A DNA stretch of 64,000 bases from an uncultured Candidatus Berkelbacteria bacterium. Its GTDB lineage: Bacteria > Patescibacteriota > UBA1384 > UBA12157 > JAENIV01. The notes beneath the pieces are model-generated. The model made no database searches. It saw nothing but the letters and a program-made list of their open reading frames with translations, and was not told the origin of the DNA. Within the stretch, counting starts at the first letter, position 1. Each line of letters starts with the position of its first letter. The stretch is from NCBI GenBank assembly GCA_963698075.1, contig OY969116.1:313010-377009 (forward strand), written 5' to 3'. The position numbers were made by a program, and so were the translations under genes. This document shows positions 57,685 to 64,000 of this stretch, piece after piece.

Positions 57685-57685
57685 T

Positions 57686-57760
57686 TGGAGGGCTCGGTGG
57701 GATTCGAACCCACGACAAGTTGCTTAAGAGGCAACTGCTCTGCCACTGAGCTACGAGCCC
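57686..57760 (-). tRNA. tRNA-Lys(CTT)
   Basis: Cloverleaf; gttgc-ctCTTaa-gcaac; CCA. Confidence 0.95.
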
Positions 57761-57761
57761 A

Positions 57762-57834
57762 CGCCCTCGGCGTGATTCGAACACGCAACCTAAGGGTTAG
57801 AAACCCTTCGCTCTATCCATTAAGCTACGAGGGC
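57762..57834 (-). tRNA. tRNA-Arg(TCT), CCA not encoded
   Basis: Cloverleaf; aaggg-ttTCTaa-ccctt. Confidence 0.93.
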
Positions 57835-57848
57835 AAAATGCTCTACTC

Positions 57849-57914
57849 ACCCCGTTAATTCCGCACTATCATAATACTATGGAATAGATTTGATAGTAAG
57901 GAATTTTGCGGGGT
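57849..57914. repeat. Palindromic repeat family B, copy 2, inside a tRNA 5' remnant
   Basis: accccgttaat...gtaaggaattttgcggggt; minus-strand flanks read gcccctgtagctcagtgg[element]gagtagagca. Confidence 0.72.
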
Positions 57915-58024
57915 CCACTGAGCTACAGGGGCATCAAGTAAATTATACCAGATAACCATTTGATGAAAAAGAGACCCAGCCCCCCCCAAGTGGGGGCTGG
58001 GTCTTCGGCAGGCCGCGATTGAAA

Positions 58025-58726
58025 CTACCACCAGTCGACGGCCTGGGATACTTCGACCTCCTCCCCCTCATCGATACTAAAATGGACCGGCAGGGTAAGG
58101 GCTGCGTAGGGCCCCCATCCCAGCGACACCGTATAGCTGCCGGCAAAGAGCTCGGGCCAAACGGCCTGGCCCGAGGAGTTGGTGTAATGATACTCCTCCA
58201 CATGGAGGAGTCCCCCTAGTGTCAATCCATCCAACCAAACCAGGACGCCCGGCGCGGGAGCGCCAGACTCATCGGTCACTGTTGCGGTCACCCTCGAGTA
58301 CTCGCACACATCGAGGGCAACGACGTGGATTTCGCCGGGGGTGCCGGCGAAGTCGATGGTCGCCGTATCTCCATCCTGGCGAAGTCCATCGACCTGCATA
58401 AAGGTCCACCAGTCAGAGGGAAGCTGGAAGATAACCCTCCATTTCCCTCTCGACGCCCTTACCTCAACCGGCGTCGAATACCTCTTGGTCTTTCCGTCGG
58501 GGTTGATGACCCACACCCGCCAGGCGAGCCATTGCTCGCCTAGATCTAGATCCAGGACGAAGTCCAGGTCCTTGTCATCCAAGACTCGGACCTGAAGCTG
58601 AGGCCAAGACGGTCCTCCCTTCTTGAGGGGAACCGCCGGCCCTGCCATCGCACTTGAGGCGATGGCGCAGAGCAACATCGACACTACCAGGAACTGCAAT
58701 ACAGCACCAACCCTTCGTCTCGACAT
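58025..58726 (-). CDS. Secreted hypothetical protein with carboxypeptidase-regulatory-like domain, GC-rich
   Basis: Signal peptide ending AMA; VTDESGAPAPGV.V...TNSSG...L.AGSYTV; GC hairpin terminator at 57972-58003. Confidence 0.7.
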   Translation of the reverse strand: MSRRRVGAVLQFLVVSMLLCAIASSAMAGPAVPLKKGGPSWPQLQVRVLDDKDLDFVLDLDLGEQWLAWRVWVINPDGKTKRYSTPVEVRASRGKWRVIFQLPSDWWTFMQVDGLRQDGDTATIDFAGTPGEIHVVALDVCEYSRVTATVTDESGAPAPGVLVWLDGLTLGGLLHVEEYHYTNSSGQAVWPELFAGSYTVSLGWGPYAALTLPVHFSIDEGEEVEVSQAVDWW

Positions 58727-58892
58727 CTTCGGACCCCTCCGTGCCAGTATCCCCAAAACTTCTCTCGGGGGTGGAACTCAGCCTAAATGCCCCTCATCTC
58801 TCCTTTCTCCCTCCTCACCAAATTGTAAAAATCCCAAACCTGGCCACATTATATCGAGAATTTATATAAAAGTCAAGAGTAAGATACCTTAT

Positions 58893-59696
58893 CTACGTCG
58901 CGATATCTCTTTTGGCAAAAATTACGAGTCCTAAAATAAATAAAACCAAAGCCGTCCCCAAAAATACTATATAAGACCAGTGATCAATTTCATTGTAAAC
59001 CAAGGCTTTTTGCGGATTAAAATAATAGAAAAAAGAGGCATATTTAAGATTCATTAGACTTTCTTTAAGACTCGATAAAATATTGAGAACATACATAATG
59101 ACTAAAACAACCCCAGAGATAAAAAAGACCTTGCCCTTATCAGAAAAAATACTTGAAAGAAAATAAGCGATACTAAAAATACTCAAGGCAAACATAAAAG
59201 CTAATATCACTAACGTCGTAAAATTCGGGGCTTTAAAACTAATATTATAAGCCGCGCTCAATGGCGTGGCGGCATAAACCGAGAAAAAGGTAAAGATAAC
59301 CAGCATGAAAATTCCTGCTAAATAACGACTGACAAAAAGTTTGGCCCGCGAAATCGGTTGAGAAAGTAAGACTTCGATTGTCCCCCTCTCAATTTCACCC
59401 GCCAAAGCCGCCCCGGCGTACCCGATCATCATAAAAATCGTAATTATTGGCCAGACAAAAGAAAATTGTTCAGTCGCCAGGTACCCTTCCACCGTGGTAA
59501 AACTTTTAATGTCAAAATTAAAAGCTTTCATAAAACTCTGAGGATAACCTTTGATTAACTGCTCTAAATTGGCCGACTGATCCTTAAATGAAGGAAATAA
59601 AGCAATATACATCCATAAAAGAAGAATCGCGGCCAGACAATAAATCAGGATTAAATTTCTTCGATCTTTAATTGTCCGCCAAAAAATTGTCCACAT
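58893..59696 (-). CDS. ABC-2 type permease
   Basis: AGEIERGTIEVLLSQPISR, F.KRDI. Confidence 0.9.
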   Translation of the reverse strand: MWTIFWRTIKDRRNLILIYCLAAILLLWMYIALFPSFKDQSANLEQLIKGYPQSFMKAFNFDIKSFTTVEGYLATEQFSFVWPIITIFMMIGYAGAALAGEIERGTIEVLLSQPISRAKLFVSRYLAGIFMLVIFTFFSVYAATPLSAAYNISFKAPNFTTLVILAFMFALSIFSIAYFLSSIFSDKGKVFFISGVVLVIMYVLNILSSLKESLMNLKYASFFYYFNPQKALVYNEIDHWSYIVFLGTALVLFILGLVIFAKRDIAT

Positions 59697-59699
59697 TCT

Positions 59700-60632
59700 T
59701 TAAAGTTTAGGAATTTCATTTAAATCGCTAGAAACATCAGAAGGCATTGTCAAATGATCTGATCTTCCATAAAACTCCAAAAAAATCTCTTCCAAAGACG
59801 CATGAGAAATTTCTAACTCTTTCAAATTGTAATTGGCCAGCATTCTAATTAGAGGATTAATATCGCCTTTAACACCCAAAACCAACCCTTCAGGCAATTC
59901 CTGCTGGATTTCAACCCCGGAAAGGTTAAAAATATTTCTGTCATATGATCCGTTAAAACTAACAGTCACCACGTGCATTCTTTTCTCTTTGAGCTCTCTA
60001 ATGCCCTCAACATCAACAATTTTGCCTTCTTTGATAATTGCCACTCGACTACAAATCCGATCAACTTCGGCTAAATTATGAGACGACATAAAAATTGTTG
60101 TCCCGCGTTTTTGAAGATCTTTTAAAATTCCGTAAATGGTGTTTTGTAGCAGAGGATCTAAGCCCAAAGTTGGTTCGTCCATAATCAATAACTCCGGTTC
60201 AAACATTAAGGCAAGAATCAAACCCAACTTTTGTTTGTTGCCAGATGAAAGCGTTTTAAATTTAATATTTGGATTTAAGTTGAGTTTTTCGATCAAATCC
60301 CGGGCAATTGATTTCCGATGTCTTAGATTTTCTAAAAATAAAATGTGGTCCTTGCCGGTCCAACCGTCATACAGACGAACGTCGCCAGAAAGATAACCGA
60401 TTTTATTTTTGATTGCGGTGGAGTCTTTTAGAGAATCGTATCCTAAAATATTAATGGCGCCACCATCGGGTCGCAAAAAATCTAAGAGACATCGGATGGT
60501 GGTAGTTTTACCGGCGCCGTTGGGCCCCAAAAATCCAAAAACTTCACCCTTTTCAACACTAAAAGAAATATCGTCAACCGCTCGCGTTTTCCCAAAATAT
60601 TTTTTTAAATTTTGAACTTGAATAGCGCTCAT
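59700..60632 (-). CDS. ABC transporter ATP-binding protein
   Basis: GPNGAGKTT, LSSGNKQK, MDEPTLGLDP. Confidence 0.95.
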   Translation of the reverse strand: MSAIQVQNLKKYFGKTRAVDDISFSVEKGEVFGFLGPNGAGKTTTIRCLLDFLRPDGGAINILGYDSLKDSTAIKNKIGYLSGDVRLYDGWTGKDHILFLENLRHRKSIARDLIEKLNLNPNIKFKTLSSGNKQKLGLILALMFEPELLIMDEPTLGLDPLLQNTIYGILKDLQKRGTTIFMSSHNLAEVDRICSRVAIIKEGKIVDVEGIRELKEKRMHVVTVSFNGSYDRNIFNLSGVEIQQELPEGLVLGVKGDINPLIRMLANYNLKELEISHASLEEIFLEFYGRSDHLTMPSDVSSDLNEIPKL

Positions 60633-60743
60633 ATAATTATCCTTAGTCAGATTATATCAAGATTTCACTGATTAGACCATCTTATAAAAAGACAAAGCAC
60701 CGCAAGGTTTTGCGGTGCTTAAGTATGCGCCAGACGCCGGTTC

Positions 60744-61820
60744 TTATCCGACGCTTCCCAGATCGGCGTTGCGCAAGTCTTCGGCGGCATGCTCAGGTGT
60801 GCGGGGATTGATGTAGGCGCCCGAGCCCTTCTCGAGGGCCGCCAGAATTGCTTCGGTGATTGGTTCGATCTGACAATGCCAATGATAGGTCTCTAGCTCA
60901 GTGTCGGTGGGAGGGGCAGTGTGGAAGTAGAGGTTGTAGTCAGGGTCGTTGAGTGTTACCCGAATCCTCTTCAGCGTCTCCTGTAGCAACAAGGCGAATT
61001 CCGTCAGAAGGTCGGCTCCTTGAGGATGGGTCGAGATGTTGGCAAAGTAGCTCTGGTGATACCGCGGTCCCACAATAACCTGATAAGGCGTCCTTGAGGT
61101 GAAGGGACACCAAGCCATGAAGTTTTCGGTGACATTGATCAACCGTTCCTTGGCAAGCAGTTCCCAATCTCTCTCCTCACAGTAGAAACAGGAGCGATTC
61201 AGGTCATAATAGTGCCGGGCGCCTGCCAACTCATGGTAGATCCGCGCTGGCAATGTCGGTAGCGCCACCAACTGGCTGTGGGGATGGGGTTGGCTGGCGC
61301 CAGCGAGCGGTCCATAATTCTTGAAGAGAAAGATGCAGTGGATGTTCCGTTTACTTCCGATTGCCAAGGTCATCTCCCGCCACATGTGCAAGACTTCGCG
61401 GAAGTAGAAGGGGTCGAGAGTCTCAAGAGCAACATCGTGTCGAGGTGATTCGATGATGACATAGTGGAAGCCGAAAGCCGGCAATACCGTAAACGGTCCA
61501 CGCTTCTCCACCACCAGAATCTCTGAAGGAATCGAGGCGTTCACTGCCGGCGCTAGGTTCGGTACGACTCTCACCCACCAGCCAGGATTGTCTGCCTTCG
61601 TCTCTTTAGCACGATAGGAACTTACTTCCTTCGGGGTCTGGCTCTCCCGACCCTCTTCGAAAGAACACTCTTCGCCGCTGACGAGGCGCGGGTTGAACCT
61701 GGACCAATCGCGCTCTTTCTGCCGCCGTAACTTCTCCAACGGCTTCTCCCGGTCTGAACCGATGATCACCAGCGTCCCCGAAATCGGGTTCCTTCTTAGC
61801 TCTTCCACACGACCTGGCAT
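60744..61820 (-). CDS. galT: Galactose-1-phosphate uridylyltransferase, GC-rich
   Basis: ELRRNPISG, WWVRVVPN, FKNYG..AGASQPHPHSQ, HWH; AAGGAGG RBS. Confidence 0.9.
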   Translation of the reverse strand: MPGRVEELRRNPISGTLVIIGSDREKPLEKLRRQKERDWSRFNPRLVSGEECSFEEGRESQTPKEVSSYRAKETKADNPGWWVRVVPNLAPAVNASIPSEILVVEKRGPFTVLPAFGFHYVIIESPRHDVALETLDPFYFREVLHMWREMTLAIGSKRNIHCIFLFKNYGPLAGASQPHPHSQLVALPTLPARIYHELAGARHYYDLNRSCFYCEERDWELLAKERLINVTENFMAWCPFTSRTPYQVIVGPRYHQSYFANISTHPQGADLLTEFALLLQETLKRIRVTLNDPDYNLYFHTAPPTDTELETYHWHCQIEPITEAILAALEKGSGAYINPRTPEHAAEDLRNADLGSVG

Positions 61821-61924
61821 CACAGGCCTCCTTGTACCAAAAAGAACCAGTCCTTCTGGTCCTCGTGGTTTTGTCAAAGGTCTACGATAACCACAATAGA
61901 CCTTATACTTTAGTTTGTCAAGAT

Positions 61925-62000
61925 TGGGGTGGCTGACGCGATTCGAACGCGCGACCGCTCGGGCCACATCCGAGTGCTCTACCACTGAGCTACAGCCACC
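61925..62000 (-). tRNA. tRNA-His(GTG) with encoded G-1
   Basis: Cloverleaf; ctcgg-atGTGgc-ccgag; CCCA end. Confidence 0.93.
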
Positions 62001-62074
62001 ATATATAAAATGAATCTGCCTTTTGAAGGCCAAATCTCAAATTCTTGCTGATAAATCAATAAATCCCTAAACTA

Positions 62075-62152
62075 CTACTTTTTACGGGACGCCAACCACC
62101 AAATCAGGGCAACGACGACGACGGCAATGACTACCCACCAATACCAAACCAT
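62075..62152 (-). CDS. 25-aa single-TM small protein
   Basis: MVWYWWVVIAVVVVALIWWLASRKK**; AAAGGAG RBS and TGGTATAAT extended -10 upstream. Confidence 0.65.
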   Translation of the reverse strand: MVWYWWVVIAVVVVALIWWLASRKK

Positions 62153-62186
62153 TAAAATCTCCTTTCATTATCATTATACCATTAAT

Positions 62187-62261
62187 TGGTGCCCCCGGGT
62201 GGATTCGAACCACCAACTCTAGGTCCGAAGCCTAGTGTTTTATCCGTTATACTACGGGGGC
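62187..62261 (-). tRNA. tRNA-Arg(TCG)
   Basis: Cloverleaf; ctagg-ctTCGga-cctag; CCA. Confidence 0.92.
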
Positions 62262-62518
62262 AGATTGAACTTTAAACTATTTTTTAATTGCTCTTTCAAT
62301 CTTACTCGACCTGGTCCACTTTTTAAATATCTTTCTCTTCCCTTGGCATCATCTCGATTTAGGTAAGCTTCAAAATAGAGTAACTTATATGGTCTATGTT
62401 GATTGGTATATCTTGAAAATCCTTTATTATGGTCGGAGAATCTCCTCTTTATGTCAGATGTTTCACCGATATACCAACTTTTGTCTTTTAAACTTATTAA
62501 AAGATAAACGTAATGCAT
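62252..62518 (-). CDS. Small GIY-YIG nuclease family protein
   Basis: YVYLLIS..D..WYIGET.D..RR..HN.G...T..RPYKL.YFEAY....A..RE.YLKSG.GR. Confidence 0.92.
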   Translation of the reverse strand: MHYVYLLISLKDKSWYIGETSDIKRRFSDHNKGFSRYTNQHRPYKLLYFEAYLNRDDAKGRERYLKSGPGRVRLKEQLKNSLKFNLPP

Positions 62519-62601
62519 TATTGGCCTCGTATATCCTCTTTGCTTCGCAAATTAGGAAACGCGGCTCATCCCGTTTCCTGTCATAGACAGGATATACGGG
62601 A

Positions 62602-62675
62602 TGGAGCGGGTAGCGGGAGTCGAACCCGCATCTTCACCTTGGAAGGGTGACATAATGCCGCTATACGATACCCGC
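62602..62675 (-). tRNA. tRNA-Gly(TCC)
   Basis: Cloverleaf; tcacc-ctTCCaa-ggtga; CCA. Confidence 0.94.
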
Positions 62676-62707
62676 AAAATTATAAATTTACTCTCCAAGA
62701 ATTCCCA

Positions 62708-63238
62708 TTAATTTCTACTATATAATATGTTCCTTTCCTGAATATAATTCTTATCTAAATCTTTCCATCGGCCAGTAATGTATCCAATGGCTCCCATTAT
62801 CGGATCTCCATGCGACACAACCACGGCATTTTCATTCTTTTTTGCAATTTTTTTTAAAAAATCAAAAACTCTTTTGCCTGAATCTTTTCTTCCCTCCATG
62901 TCTGAAGTTATAAAGGGATTTTTCATATATTCTGAATTTTTCTTAAAATCATCTTTCTTTCTGCCTTGCCAGTATGAACTTTCTACTTCAATAATCTGAT
63001 TGTTGATTTCGATATTCTTTGGATCAATATCTAAGATTTTCGCAGTTATTTCAGCAGTCTCAAGTGTCCTTTCCAATGGCGATGTATATATTCTTTGAAT
63101 ATTTTCCTTTTTTAAATTTCCTGCCGACTCAACTACCTTTCGCCGGCCTTCATTACTTAAATGATAACCCGGTAACCGACCAGGAAAAACATCTTTGGGA
63201 TTATTAATTTGTCCATGACGAAACAAAAATATCTTCAT
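62708..63238 (-). CDS. Histidine phosphatase family protein (possible +1 frameshift near 62738)
   Basis: LFRHG, YTSPLERT.ETA, VVSHGDPI. Confidence 0.9.
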   Translation of the reverse strand: MKIFLFRHGQINNPKDVFPGRLPGYHLSNEGRRKVVESAGNLKKENIQRIYTSPLERTLETAEITAKILDIDPKNIEINNQIIEVESSYWQGRKKDDFKKNSEYMKNPFITSDMEGRKDSGKRVFDFLKKIAKKNENAVVVSHGDPIMGAIGYITGRWKDLDKNYIQERNILYSRN

Positions 63239-63242
63239 TTAT

Positions 63243-63318
63243 TGGTCGGGGACCCGAGGCTCGAACTCGGAACCTCCGCCTCCCAAAGGCGGCGCTCTAC
63301 CAATTGAGCCAGTCCCCG
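63243..63318 (-). tRNA. tRNA-Pro(TGG)
   Basis: Cloverleaf; ccgcc-ttTGGga-ggcgg; CCA. Confidence 0.94.
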
Positions 63319-63371
63319 AGACTATCTATAGTATAGCATTCTACCTGATTTTTCACCAAAAATCAATCCGT

Positions 63372-64000
63372 CTATCTAAGATCGAAAATGAATACACCCG
63401 GCGTAATTTGCTCACGAGGGAAATCTTCAAGCCATTTGAGTTCGGCTAATTGAAAATAGGTAGCTGAAACGATAACATATCCTTTAATGGTTCTATCTTC
63501 CCAAGGGAAGGGTTTAAGATTAATTCCATAATACCGCAAGGCCTCATTACCATCCCAAGGATAGAGAATATAACCATCATTAATTTGATGTTCGTCAAGA
63601 TATTTTTTAATTCGGAAAATGTCTTGTCCCCAGTCTAAATTCGAATCGCCTAAAATTTTATAGCCACCCCTTGGTCCACCGGAAGATTCATTAAAGTAAG
63701 CTAGATAGTTGGGATAGCTTGAAATTGATGACAATAAATACCACAAGATCAACAATATAAATAACAACGCTGGAATAAGTTTTTTAACATCAGCTCTAAT
63801 AATTTTCGTTGCTCTAAAATCAACTAAATTTATCGATTTCGACGCATAAACCGCTAAAAATGGAAAAATTGGCAGAATGTGACGGACGCCTAAATCGGCT
63901 TTCGAAAACATGCTGATGGCTAAAAAGATTATTGGTGCGGTCAACAACACCAACTCATCGAAAGATTCCTTTGCTTTCAATTTCTTCCAGAAAATTATTC
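63372..64000 (-). CDS. Membrane glycosyltransferase (GT39/ArnT-like), C-terminal part; 5' end beyond window
   Basis: LGVRHILPIFPF, YLAYFNE..GG, DSNLDWGQD. Confidence 0.78.
   Translation of the reverse strand, partial: IIFWKKLKAKESFDELVLLTAPIIFLAISMFSKADLGVRHILPIFPFLAVYASKSINLVDFRATKIIRADVKKLIPALLFILLILWYLLSSISSYPNYLAYFNESSGGPRGGYKILGDSNLDWGQDIFRIKKYLDEHQINDGYILYPWDGNEALRYYGINLKPFPWEDRTIKGYVIVSATYFQLAELKWLEDFPREQITPGVFIFDLR

Noticed and set aside
56182-57708. Prophage or integrative island at the tRNA att-like repeats
   Set aside because: The repeats enclose only about 180 bp and no integrase or phage genes are present.
57839-57932. Intron-containing tRNA
   Set aside because: Only the acceptor 5' strand and D-arm are present; no anticodon or T arm follows, and the insert is a dispersed repeat.
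61821-62033. galT N-terminal extension
   Set aside because: Reads through tRNA-His and the promoter; the RBS supports a start at 61820 or 61823.
1-64000. CRISPR array or cas genes
   Set aside because: No regularly spaced repeat-spacer series; the direct repeats found are tRNA 3' duplications or heptamer runs.
1-64000. Alternative genetic code (TGA=Gly) as in some CPR lineages
   Set aside because: Conserved genes are full length under code 11 and several end in TGA (priA, tmk, dut).

Overview
This 64 kb window looks like core chromosome of an AT-rich, standard-code Patescibacteria (CPR)-like bacterium; the taxonomy is inferred from gene content and repeat style only. It carries housekeeping genes (uvrA, infC-rpmI-rplT, rpsP-khpA-trmD, rplY, miaB, thrS, a dTTP-synthesis operon, smpB/tmRNA, rny, HU), 12 tRNAs, ABC exporters, several GC-rich stand-alone genes and many small palindromic or tRNA-linked repeats. 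The main observation is a six-gene cell-surface cluster at 22.5-29.9 kb. Two secreted enzymes (GH5-like and beta-helix) end in DUF11/CnaA-like domains that keep the Lys and Asp but stop before the Asn-bearing last strands. Those missing strands (I-[TS]-N-T-A...S-N-T) appear at the N-termini of two other proteins in the cluster, one of which also has a dockerin, next to cohesin proteins. This suggests a natural split-isopeptide (Tag/Catcher-like) coupling system joined to a cohesin-dockerin scaffold; it is an untested inference. Other notable items: a Def-Fmt fusion, an XRE-Hsp20 fusion with an internal RBS and its own operator, two CDSs whose stop codon lies inside a tRNA gene, a pair of tRNA-3'-duplicating mini-elements, and palindromic elements inserted in frame in proteins. 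Several apparent +1 frameshifts may be assembly errors.
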